Positions 52,155 through 64,000 of a stretch of 64,000 nt of DNA are shown piece after piece. How positions within the stretch are numbered: the first letter of the stretch is position 1; the number at the start of each line of letters is the position of its first letter. The position numbers and the translations under genes are program-made. Under the pieces are notes generated by a model. That model saw nothing but the letters and a program-made list of their open reading frames with translations, ran no database searches and was not told the origin of the DNA. The stretch is from Massalongia carnosa (Eukaryota), in the NCBI GenBank assembly GCA_965645245.1, contig OZ287074.1, forward strand, positions 434,001 to 498,000, in the 5' to 3' direction.

Positions 52155-55100
52155 TTAAAAGCAATTGAACCCGCTCTTTTTCTTCTTCTTGTTGATCGCG
52201 GCCATCCGCTCTTCCAGATGCGCCCGCGCAGCCTCGGCCTCCTTTCGCGCGTTCCGCTCCTCTTCGACCGCCTGCACCGAGTACCGGGTCGACGTCCGCT
52301 CCTTGCGCAGCAAAGCCAGCTCGTCTTCATAAGACCAGGCTTTCTTCTTCCAAGCTTCCATGTCAACTCTGACTTTGTTGCCTTGCGATTCGAGATCAAC
52401 GAGCGCTTCCTCGAGCGTGGCTGTAAGTTGTTTCTCGGCAAGGAGGTGCTTCTCGATGGTCCGAATACGCGCTTCCTGGTCCTCGGCGTACTGCGCGCTG
52501 ACGGAATCATCTTTGTGATGCGCAAGGGAGAGGACGCCGTTGGTCATGGGGGCTGTGGGATTTAGGCTTTGAACGTTGGTTGGGAGAGGGGGAAGAGGAA
52601 TCGCTGGCGGGGGAGAAGGAAGCGACGCAATGGATGCACTAGTGCGGAGGTTTGATGTGAGAGAGTTGGAGCGTTCATGTGGTTGCTGGCTATCAGCATA
52701 TGAAGAGGTCGTATTTTGACTCTAGTTCCAACATTAGCGCTCACCCTATAACAATCTTGAGCGGGATAAGGCCCACCCTTACCTCAAGCTGAGCTACCCG
52801 AGCACGATGAATCTCAATTTCTTCTTCCAGCTTCACCTTTGCCACATTTGCTTCCTGCAATGCTTGGTCGCGGTTGGAGTTGAGGATAGAAAGCCTGTTA
52901 GAGGTCGCTCGCTGTTGATCATACGTTGTGGAAAGTTGATCTTCCAGCTCATCAACGAGACGGGTAGCCTTATCCTTCTCTTCACTCACTCTCTGAAGCT
53001 CGGCAAGGTTCTGCTGGTGAAAGGTCTTCATGTCCAATATGATGGCTTCGAGTTCCGAGATCCGTAGCTTTGCTAGAGCTTTTTCCTCGTCAGCACGATG
53101 CACTTTATCTCTGATACTAGAGACAAGCTCTGTAAGTTCCGCAGATTGTTCATGAGAGGATTGATTTCGGCTCTCATGGTTATGGTGGGTCTCAATCAGA
53201 AAATTAAGCTGCTGGTTTGCCGCTGCAATCGACTCGAGAAGTAAGCCTTCTTTCTCGCGATACTGTTTCTCTAAGTCATTGGCTTGATCTTTTAGTTGAG
53301 CATCGATGTTCGCCTTGGCCTCAGCATGAATGCTTGACCGAACGTCTTCGAGTGCTCGTGCGTGTGAATCGTGCAAAGATTTGAGACCGTACTTGTGGAA
53401 CTCTACTGATGATTTGTGCTCCTCAAGTTGGTGCTCTAACAGTAAAATTTGATCTCGATGCGATTCAAAATGAGCTCTTGTGCTGATCTTATAAAGCGTG
53501 CCCTCTTCGACTTCTTGCCGTGCAGTAGCATACAACAGCTCTAGCTCAACGATTCTTTCAACATGTATGGCAATCGAGGCTTTATGCTCGTCGATCTGTC
53601 CGTTTAAATCATTTAAAGTCGCTATATGCAGACGTCGCTCTTCCTCCAGCTCCCGCGCAACTGCGGAAGAATCAGCCACTGGATCATCATCTTGGCTAGG
53701 TCTTGGCTGATTCATGATTCCAGCGCTCGTTAGGGAGGCTTTGGCTTTACTTATCGCTGGAATCAGTTTCTGCTCCAAGGCTTGCGTCGATTTCATTGCT
53801 GCATCGTGCTTGCGTTGTAAGGTTGTCGGCTCTTCCTGAAGCCTTGCAACCTCGTGCGATTGAGCCAAAGGTTCGCCGAGCTGCTTCTCATCAACATCGT
53901 TGCCCTCGGAAACAGCGGGCGTTTCTGGAAAGATACCCGGCATGGCTGGTTTTGAAGCCTCGGTTTGGCTTTTCAGTGATTGTTTGAGAGATTCAATCTC
54001 ATTCACCAGCCCATGTTCACGAGCAGCATGGTTCTCGTGCATGGTCCTCATTTGATTTTCGGCCTGCACAAGTTGGTCGTGCATCGAGGAAACAACAGAG
54101 ATATCCATCGGTGACGAGCTCTTCAAACTCGATCGTTCTCGAGCGAGTCCCGAAATCATTGTCATTTTACCCTCCATTTCCTTCTTTACACTTGAAAGTT
54201 CAGCTTCGAGCGCCTGCACTCGTTCAGATCTTTGGTGTAGCTCATGCATTGTTGCATTAATATTCATTTCGAAGCTTTGCATAGTGTCAGGCTTATCCTC
54301 AAGATTTTCTGCTGCTATGTTTCTCAAGGATGCCAACGAACGATGTGCACGATCAATTGTCATGAGAGTCTGGCTGCCTTTCCTCCTGATTAATGGAGTG
54401 GTAGGCATGTTGGGACCCTTTAGCTTCGCTTTTTGAACCTCTGCTTTGAGCTCCTCAACAACATCAAGTGTTTCCAGATGTAACTCCTGCAATTGCGAGT
54501 ATTGGTTGTTCAATGTCGCCATGCCATGCTCTCTCTCCAACTGCGTTTTCTTCAGCTCTTCTATCTCTCGAAGGAGCGCCTCGTCTTGTTGCACAGGTAC
54601 AGAACCCTCGGCAAGACTCTTGTAAAGTGCTTCGGCGTTGGGTTGCTCGAATGGACTGGTTGAATCCCCAACTAAGGACAATTCCGATGATAAAGAGCGC
54701 GAGGATGATAATTGTCCACCATCCTTGAGTTCGTTCACCCTCGCGTCTCCTAAAAAAGACGTGGGTCGAGTCGATACGGGAGTAACAAATGATAGAGGAG
54801 CAGCCGGGTGTCGCGCTTCATCGACCGCATCTTGCAACTCGGCTAGAGTTCGTAAGGCCTGTTCATACTTGGCAGACATCATATCATATTCATTGACTGT
54901 AGACTCGTGTTCTACCCGCAGATCAAAGAGCTCTTGAGTAAGGGTTTCGACTTTGTCAGCTACGAATCTGGACTGGGCAGGACTTAAGCGGGGAGATTCT
55001 GGCCGAGAGACCGTGGTAGGTTCGAGAAACTTGACGGCCGGCACTGCGAGGGTGTTGTTACGACCAACCCCGTTTGCGCGGCTTGGCTTTGGAGGCTCAG

Positions 55101-57647
55101 GGCTCATTGCGTATGGATGCTTTCCGTCATCGTCATCTGAATCCGGAATAGCCGTGCTCACGGCCTCCTGAAGTATCAAGTCGGGACTTGTTTCTCTATG
55201 GTGTAATTCAGCTTTCGATTCTGGGAACCCATTCGCCAACGACTTGCTTGTTTGCCTTTCGCCCGGCGAAATCTCGGTCTGTTGGATATGATCGAACTCG
55301 TATAGGAGATTGTCGAGCTTTCCAAGGCTTCTCTGGCGTTCAACGACATGCTCCAGGCGATCAACCTCGCGCTGCATTAGTTCCATGTCTTGGTCAGTCT
55401 CCGCTAATCGCTCCTCCAAGGTAGAGATGTATTCTTCGCAGCTGGCCTCGTTCTCTCGAATCCGAGCAATCTCTTTTCGGAGCTCCGTAATTACAACTGA
55501 GCTCTTCTCTTCCCCAAAGCTATGCCCATCAAGTTTGGATTCTAGATCCCGCAGGTAGTTCTCGGTGCTAGACTCACGGTCCATCATCTTCTGAACACGA
55601 TTCTGCAGTTGTTGATTAACTGTCTCAATATACGCACACTTGGTTTCCTTCTCCAATAAGCTGCTCTCGGTTGCTGATAGGGAGGATCTTGTTTTGGAAA
55701 GAGATGTCTCGAGACTCTGGATGGTTTTTTCGTACTCTAAAACCACCTTCTCCACAGCTTCGGCGAAAGAATTCGATCGTTTTAACCTTTCTACGGCCGA
55801 ATTGCCAATCGCCTCGGTGAGAATTGGAGTATCACTAGGTTCATCATCCCTTGCTTTGGTGATTTCCGAGATGAGGTTTGCATGCCGTTGGCTAAGGGCA
55901 GTATAGCTCTCCTGAATGTCGAGTAGATGGTTCTGTAAATCAATCTCACGCTCATTTTGCCGCTCGACCCTCTCCGGTGGAGTGTTCCCTCGCCTGTCCC
56001 CGTTTTCCGAATTTCGGATCTGATCGCGGAGAAACGAAACTTCGGCCCGTAAGCGATCAATCACTGCCTGTTTGTCGCTATCATCCGAGACTTGCTGAAT
56101 GCGGGGTTTGCTTTGAATGGCTCTAGCTCGCTGTGCGTACTGCACCGTGTTGAGAGTTTCGCTCAAATGAAATTCTGCAGGCGTGACACAAGCGATCATG
56201 TATGTAATTGCGTTGCCACCCAATGAATCTTGAAGAAGACGGGTGAGTTTCGAGTCCCGGTATGAAATATGAGAGCCAGGGTGTCGAGATGAAAGTTGGG
56301 ATATTACTTTCCCAAGACTCGCAAGTCCCGCATTAATGGAAATTCCTTCCTTTGCACGTTCACCAGATGCTCCAGTGTTCTTGAGCCTCTCGCTACCAGC
56401 CAAGTCGACGAAGTGCAGTTTGCTGTCTATTGTTACCCAGTTTTCCGAGCCGTTCATCGCTTCGAGTGGCACCGAGAACCTCTTCTCGTGTACCAATGAT
56501 GGCTGAGTCTTGTTCCTTCGTTGAACAAGGCTTATACTAAATACAGCGTGCGATCTTGAGGATTTAGCGTTGATAGCCGTCGCATCGGTCTGTCGAATTG
56601 AGGAGCCAAAGTTCAACGCCTTAAGGATGTCCTCGACTGAATTGATCTCTACTTGATGTAATCCGGTCAGTAAGATCCGACCTTTGACATCTTCACGGAT
56701 GGCCACGGCTGCCCTTTCGTTCTGAGATACTGTATCCGGAACTAGAAGATCTCTGAGCTGTTCATTGTATATCTATTGGCACATATTAGCTACAAGTCAT
56801 GGGCATAAACTAGATGACGCACCTCAACGTATGTAGCTTTCATCTGCCAGTTTCTTTCCTCCGCTGCCCTGGCTAAAGCTTGCGGGCTTTGGGTAAAGCT
56901 CGTCGAATACCGAGTAGGCGTTCTCAGACTTGGGGAGCCGTTTCTTCTCAAGACTGGTGATCCAGCAAGTTTCTCAAAGAGAGCTCCAGCTGCCCGCGGT
57001 ATTACACCTGGACAGGGCGAGATGTAAGCAAGAGTTCACAAGCTACTGTCGAAGGATATTTGTTGTATTTGTCTGAGCCCAAATAACTTCACCTACCCTT
57101 GTTTTGAGAATTGCTTTGTTCGGCGGGACCCGAAGTCCCCATGGTGTAGGATTTTCCTGAGCCAGATTGCCCATAAGCCAGCACGGAGACATTGTAGCCT
57201 TGCACAAACGCGTTCACGCTCTCACTGAGATATTCCCACACCCCTTCTTGATAAATCTCTTCACCAAAAACCTTGTCGAATACGAAGAGCTTGCGGCCTT
57301 GGGGCGAATCCACCGCTAGACTGGTAGGGGAGACAACGTGGAGCATTGACCGTTGGAAACGTTGTGGAATCAAATCAAACCCTGGATCAGTTGATCCGAG
57401 AGGTGGCCGTACTCGTACAGCTATTGTAAATTCCAGCATTAGTCGATGCTAGACCTATGGTTGTGCGCCGTAAAGTGATACACTCACCAACTTTGACTGC
57501 GGTCTTGCCATCCTCGTCGGATGCTCTACTGCCTCCGCCCTGCTTGCTGCCAATACTCATGCGACTCGAACTCCTTTGCATCTTTAGTGTTGCACTCAAA
57601 GACCTCTGTAATGTGCCAGACGGCGAGGCCGGCGGAGAGCTGGCCAT
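52155..57647 (-). CDS. Kinesin-4-like (chromokinesin/KIF21-type) motor with long coiled coil, multi-exon
   Basis: VRVRPPL, P-loop AYGQSGSGKSYTMG, NAKSSRSHAVF, FVDLAGSER, YRDSKLTRLLQDSLGGN and ETLNTVQYAQRA; C-terminus KKKKSGFNCF. Confidence 0.93.
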
Positions 57648-60210
57648 CGCTCGCTGGCTCCCTTCCTGTATGTACAAAACCTAAGATGGGGGTGGTTCGC
57701 GATCTCCTGCTAGATTTGGTCCTCGATCACTAGCCGGACATATGACATGGTATTTATCAGTTGGCTAGATTGATTCTCGGAAAGAAGCCTGCTATCGTAA
57801 TACTGCGAACAGACCGTGTAAGGGAGCGGTCGCATATATGGCAAAGTCCGCAATTAGAAATATTTGAAGCACAATCTTTTAGTTTGTAGCAAGGTTTTGA
57901 AGATCCGCTAGCCTTGTAAGGATTGACAGTTGTTGTGTTGTCGAGGTTGAAGCGTCAGAGGAAAAGATGAGTTGTTTGTTGCTGTGGAGGTGCGTCTGGA
58001 GCAAGATTGATGCAAAGGGTGGAGGGCAAGGGAAATGGCTGCAGGAATTGAGGGATCGCCGGAAAAGTTGAGAAACTTAATTATGAAGCCCCTTCAAGAC
58101 AACTTTTTGGAAGCGAGGATCCCTTTTCTGATTTACTCATCATACAGTTGTACTCTACTCTGTACTCTAGTATCTACTGACTTGAGATCTTCATTGGTTT
58201 ACTCTGCGCTTGCCTGAATGATCGTGTGGGTTGCCGCTGCAGGCTGCGAGCGCTTTTGGGCAAATAAGACATTGTAATCTCTGTCATAATGGGGGATTGT
58301 TTGTTGATTTGGCTACTCTCTATATAGAGTAGGTTCGCTCTACTAGTTCCCAGCCAAACGCAAAACCACGGTTAGTTTAGTTTAGAAGATAGTACGTGAT
58401 CAAATCAGTGTCGGCAGTCTGGTGGTTCGAGTGCCCAGTGCGTTTCGGTTCATGAATCAACGGAGACCTGATTGTGGGTGGATATGTAAGTGCTTCCAAA
58501 CATAAACCTCCCCTTCAGACGACGATGAAACTTGTACCTACCCATGCCCATCGGACCGGGAAGAAAAGGGGAAAGAGTAATAGATGCACAAAATCGGAAC
58601 CCTTAGAGATGATTTTTCTGCTGCGAGCCTGCAGCTGCCACGCGTGAGATGCCGATCAGGTTTAAGGCTGTCCAACGCCACTTGGCCCAAGTTTCGAAGA
58701 CCACAAGATCCTCGCGGTAGAAGGACTGTACAGAGAGAGTACTTTGCCCTGTCGCTACTTTCCTGGCTGTGACGAGTATGAGCTCCAGAAACCCAAACCC
58801 CCTTTTTTTCCGGTAAACTTCCCGTTCATGGCCCGCGTTACCGGGAAAGGGGTCCGCCCAAGTTTTCTCTGCAGGGCAACTCATTTCACCGGGAACGCAA
58901 CATCCCATGTGGAAACCTATTGTAGGCGGTTATCTGGGAACACAGAGTACGGGAGAAAGTCAAAGCTTCGTTCAACTTTTGCAATGCGCAAAATCCAAAC
59001 ATTAATACATAGGCCCTTGAACTCGGTGCACCGGAAATCCCAGAATACCGGAAAGGGACCCTTTAGAATATCCCTACTCTAGTCTATCCGCATTCCATCC
59101 CCTCCGTGCGGCCGGTGATTTCATTCGCTGAGCCTTTTCTCTCCTGGGACGGACGATGATTGGCTACTTTGCAGGACGTGATTTCCTGATCGACCCCTTC
59201 GCCCTCTCACCCAAGTCCGAGATGGCAGATGGCAGAGAACAGCCAGCAATCATGCAACGTGCGACGGGTCAAATTTTCGAAAAAGCATGTGTGTGCGCCC
59301 TGTTGATCCCCGCTCGCCCTTGACACGATAGATATCTGTTTCAGACTTCGTCCTGTCATTGGGAATGAGGGAGTGTCTCCGCACTCTGACGTGCCTTGCG
59401 GAGGAGTCGCAGGGGCAAAACATACGAGCCGAAAAGACGAACTCGGAACGTGGGTGCGTGGTAACTAGCGATTATTCTAGAAGGGCCGCAGGATTCAGCC
59501 CTCGCTCAAGTCAATTACTTGTACCCGGCCGCTACAGTACACCGAGTATTTAAAGTAGAAACGGATTTCAATCGACTACGACGTTCCAATGATGGAAGTC
59601 TTATACCGCGCTGGTGGGGAAAATCTTGATAACTTCCCCTTTGTGTTGGTGTCCATCAATTCCCTCTATACTACTCTATGTTACCTTAGCCACCAGAGCT
59701 CCTCTTCTCTCCACCGACAACCCTGAAATACCATTCGAACGTAACGAAACCTCGTACATAACAATTAAAAAATGATCTACCGAGTGTCAACCCATACCCC
59801 AATCAATTTCACCTTTGCCTTCACTTCGACAACCCTGCTTCGAGAAGCCATGAATAAATAGCAGGAACAACATATCAAGGACCCCATAGTGGGAGGCATG
59901 GAGGAGTCAATCCATCAACTAATCGAATTCGATTCAGGGCTTCGCAAGGAGGAAACAGCTTCTGTACCTATCTATATACATTACTCTGTACTTATATAAC
60001 CGATGCCTCGCTCCAACTCCTATTTTCCCTTCCCAAACCCGGTGGTACTGTTCCCAAGCATTTTTATGCCATCAAGATCCAACTGACTAGGAAAAATTGG
60101 TAAATGTCGTAGTCATTATGCTTCCGTTACAAAGAATACTCAATACCTCCCAAACGAACCCCAATGAGGATTCCGTAATGAATTCTTCTTACCAAATCTC
60201 GGGTGAATTT

Positions 60211-61672
60211 TTAGTGAACATATCTGCGTGGATTTCCCAGTAGCTTTTCATTCTTCCTCCTCAACCATCCTGCTCTTGAACACCTGCGGACTTCTCCTTG
60301 GGGCCTCGCCTTCTAACTCAGAGTGTGTTTCCATCCTGTTGTGCATGGTTAGAGAAGATGGCCGAGAAATGTGGTTTGCGGGGGTTAAACCTACATTTTT
60401 GGCGTAGGACTTAAAGTTTGCCTACGCACATCGTCATAAGCAGTCATGTCGCTGTACGCGCTGAAGGTGTTCTTTTTAATCGATCCTGAGGTGGAAAGCT
60501 CCGCTGGCGGAAATGCCGGATGCGAGCCGACAGTGTTGTCGTGATAGGGTTTGAACTCGGTCATGTCGGAGCGCGGTGAGCCGAAGGACCCTGGTGAGTA
60601 CGGTGGTTGAACCGCAGAGCTGTAGTGCACATTTGGGTCTAGTTCGGCCGGAGGTGAGGGTGTGGGTCGGTGAAGACGCTTCAGGTGCTGAAGCAAGGTT
60701 GTATGGCGGCCCAAGAGGAATAGGAAAGCGCCGACTAGCATGGCGACTGCAACGCAGCCGATGGAAATACCCGCGATGGCGCCGGGCGACAAATGGTGCG
60801 TTGGAATGCCAGAGGATTTAGAGGTGTTCGATGAGGTGGGAGCGTTGGGGGATTCAGGGTTGGTGGATTCCGGGTTGGTGCCATCTTCGTTGGGGAAACC
60901 TTGGCCAGGGACGATCATGTAGGAAGCTGCCTTTGCGTCGGCTTTTTGCGTCGCCAGTGATGTGGTAGAATTCTGACTGGTTTAGTTACCGCGGGGGGTT
61001 AGGGCTGAGGTGGTGCATACCGGATTTATCACGCCTACCATTTGCGACTTGATGCATGATCCCGGGGCTGAGCAGTAGAAAAAAATTGGATCAGTGTCAT
61101 TGATCAGGAGACGAAACGTCGGGGGCTACCGGCTCATGATTAGCACAGTTGACGGTCTCAGATATCCATGCCTACATTTTCGACGATGGTGCTAAGAGCA
61201 TGAAACCCAGAGAAGAAGCCAACTCTGCCTGTACCGGTCAATTCGTATGGTATGCATGGCTGTTCATATGCGGCTCGGGCCACCGAATGATTGGGCGGAA
61301 AGAAATTGAACTCTATGGTATTTTGGCGGATGTCAGCCTCTCTTTGGTTTTTGTACTAGATTCTCAATACTCACCTACAATATCACCCACGTTGGCGTTA
61401 ACACTGTCGGGCGAGTATTGGAAATTGTCCTGTTCACAATGACGGTGTTTCAGCATTGGCTCTGACACAAGGTGTCATTGTAAGCTGACCTTTCCCACAT
61501 CGATGGTATGTGTTGGTGTCCCCTGACTAGACTTCGAAGCCGACATGGTCTCCAAGGTGGGCGAAGGATTTGAGGTTGATTGTGCTACTTTGGAGGTCGT
61601 TTGCGCTGATACGGCAACGACGAGCAAACCGAATGAGTAACACACCCAACGAAAGATTCCAAAGCCTCTCAT
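60211..61672 (-). CDS. Secreted/membrane-anchored cupredoxin-like Ser/Thr-rich protein, multi-exon
   Basis: Signal peptide; spliced HTIDVGK, FQYSPDSVNANVGDIV, FNFFPPNHSVARA...PCIP...FFSGF and PIFFYCSAPGSCIKSQMVGVINP; TM segment LSPGAIAGISIGCVAVAMLVGAFLFLL. Last exon tentative. Confidence 0.8.
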
Positions 61673-63155
61673 GGTGAATGACTATTGTACTACGCATAAA
61701 CAGATTATGGAGAACGAAGAGAAAGCGAGAAGATCAGACTGCAGTAAGAGCGTGATTTTCCGGAAAGTTTGAGATCACGTTAACGACGATCAAGCGCCAG
61801 CAAGCAAAGCGACAAAGTCAGTCAGAGCAAAAGGAAAAACAGTCCGTAAAGAGCACTTGGAATGGTTGTTAATAGCTTGAAGAAAAAGAAAATACTGTTC
61901 CGCTCATCGAATGGATCACGAGTAATGATTCCAGCCAAGCCACACAGTTCTTTTTCCACGTCTTTGTTGGCAACGGTCTGACCTAACCCAACTCCGGCTA
62001 TCGGCTCATTGTGCTAGGTACGCTGGCACGCTGGACAGAGGTACTCAGTACTGACCTTCGTTCAAAGGGAAACCAATGACCTAAATATCTGCAAGTCTTA
62101 CTCAGCTGACAAGGATGGGAAACAAGAACATCAGATACTGGAAGGGCTGAACTTCATAGATCTCCAAGGCAAGACGCAGACGCAGATGGAAACTGTAGAA
62201 CATAATCTGTACATAGATGGCTAGGTAGAGCCGTGGTTGCATTGCACCAAGAGGTACGGAGTATTTGTGGGGCGGACCGCCGCGTTGGGTACTCAGTATT
62301 TTATGTGAACGCCGATGGAACGGCATTCGAACGTTTGATAGCTGATTGGATGGACGCAAATTATACTAGCGAGGTCGGTATCCGATATCTCAGTGCTCGC
62401 TTGCCCTAACACCCTAATGCCCCGATACCATTGTATAAAATCAATTCAGTGGTGATCTTAGGGTTGCTGTATCTTAGTCGAGCTAATCAGGTATCTAACC
62501 ACCCAACCTAACGAAGCTACGGAGTAAAAGATGCAGGGCTTTGGGGCAGTGCACCAACACAAATATACTCCGTACAAGCATACGACTGATCTCCGCCACC
62601 CCCGCATCAAGATAAATACCCGGGAAGGCCGAGGTTCATCCTGACAAATGTTTGCTTCAGCCAATCCCAGTCAATAGCGTCATCGCATGAGGTACTCTGA
62701 AGTGTGTACATGTACACTGTACTCTGTAAAGTGTACTTCGTATCGATTTACCCGTATTGCACGAGAATCCGCCTTAGCGTAGACGTGTATATCTAAATTA
62801 CCTTAGCCTCAGAAAGCTAATAACAAGCACGGTATGTGAACATTGAGTAAAATCTTCCAGAGTATTGCGAAGGGGTGCTGTATGGTTTTGTTGAAATAGG
62901 TATATGATTATGACTATATGGCTATGTAATAAATGACAATGTGTATGACCCCCTGATGTATAACTAAGATGAAGAGTTGCTATGGAGCAGTCTTAAGTGG
63001 TCACCCTCTACTAAGCGAAGTGATAATAGTTTATCCGAGCCTAGGTTGCCACGGTTGCCACGCCCCTGAAAAAAAAACTGGCAACGTGTAAGCGAGCTTA
63101 CCCCACTAAAATTTACCCCTTTTTATCAACATTTCACCTTTACATTGCGATAACC

Positions 63156-64000
63156 TTGCCTCAGTACCTCAGACGTGCGTGGCTCTATGAGCCGGCTAAG
63201 CCCCTCCGGGTTAGCCTATTTTCGCTAAGCCCCTTCGGGTTAGCGTCGCTAATTCCCTTCGGGTTAGCGGCCCTTTAGCTGACTACGCATGCTACGGGCG
63301 GCACGTCTGAGCGCAAAACTCTGTATTTTTGTCAGATCCGGCTTATTTTGGTGCGCGCTCATACAAATTTTTGGCTTAACCTCAAAAATCATCAAGAATC
63401 AAGTTGACGGCGGAATCAACAACGCGCAACGACATTTCATAAATTATGTAATAATAGAAATGATGCTTTGATATACATTCTATCGATTAATCAATATTTT
63501 AATTACATATCGATGCAAAATTGAGTCGCAATATCGATCTCGCGACGAGGACTCGACTTTGACTCGAAATTTCGACACCACCACAGCAGACTCAACGGGT
63601 CACTAGCTCCAGTTTTTCATTGTCGGCGCTTCTGATCATTAATCTGATCCTCCGAGCGTTGTTTTCGAAAGCCTAAAATCGTTGAATGTGATGAACTTGC
63701 TTGATGTGCGTTTTGCGGGCTAAGAATCCAACTCGCGAATCGTCGAATATCGCTCGCGAACACATCGAAATGGACGATCCTATAGCGTCGATAACTCGCG
63801 AGCAGGTGACGACCGTGATTTTAAGTAAATTCGGCTTTTATCCAAAGAATGAGCAAGTTGACGCTATCATGACTTTAGCACAAGATCAAAAGGATCTGAT
63901 ATTTATCGCCAAGACTGGATTTGGAAAGAGTATTATCTTTCAAGCTATGCCATTAATGTTCTCTTGTCTTAAGATCGCTTTAATTATCATGCCTCTCAAG
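63156..64000 (+). mobile_element. Left end of a TIR element of the same family as 17583-18264, carrying a helicase ORF; truncated by the window edge
   Basis: Begins with the identical 23-mer TTGCCTCAGTACCTCAGACGTGC and shares the subterminal hairpins through GCACGTCTGAGCGCAAAACT (63301-63320); flanking DNA differs from that of the other copy. Confidence 0.9.
63770..64000 (+). CDS. RecQ-like superfamily-2 helicase, N-terminal fragment (open at window end)
   Basis: Manual translation MDDPIASITREQVTTVILSKFGFYPKNEQVDAIMTLAQDQKDLIFIAKTGFGKSIIFQAMPLMFSCLKIALIIMPLK shows a motif-0-like FG...Q..AI, Walker A AKTGFGKS and motif Ia IIMPL. The frame is also open from an upstream ATG at 63704. Confidence 0.85.
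   Translation, partial: MDDPIASITREQVTTVILSKFGFYPKNEQVDAIMTLAQDQKDLIFIAKTGFGKSIIFQAMPLMFSCLKIALIIMPLK

Noticed and set aside
63770..64000. Host SGS1/RecQ gene or subtelomeric TLH locus
   Set aside because: It lacks the long Sgs1 N-terminal region and sits inside a TIR end shared with a demonstrably inserted element; no TTAGGG arrays are nearby. Not fully excluded without downstream sequence.

Overview
Gene-dense eukaryotic DNA from a filamentous ascomycete (Pezizomycotina-type genes, short GT-AG introns with CTRAC branch sites; the species cannot be determined from this window). The conserved backbone comprises aldehyde dehydrogenase, MRE11, mitochondrial ribosomal S19, an SDR, BCD1, a DENN protein, the Cdc11/Nud1 LRR scaffold, an AT-hook protein, a TBC RabGAP, VPS11, a kinesin-4-like motor and a cupredoxin-like membrane protein. 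Accessory content includes an intronless vanadium chloroperoxidase, two frameshifted Tc1/mariner transposases and a decayed island at about 17-24 kb. The most notable signal is a family of terminal-inverted-repeat (TIR) elements. One is a 682-bp non-autonomous copy (17583-18264; perfect 23-bp TIR, 8-bp target-site duplication). The other starts at 63156, has the same end, and encodes the N-terminus of a RecQ-like helicase that runs off the window and is absent from the ORF track. The ends of both copies can fold into multi-hairpin structures. Also noted: a dispersed and clustered TACTCYGTA motif and recurrent local C-rich to G-rich strand-skew flips. All exon boundaries and product calls were made by eye, without database searches.
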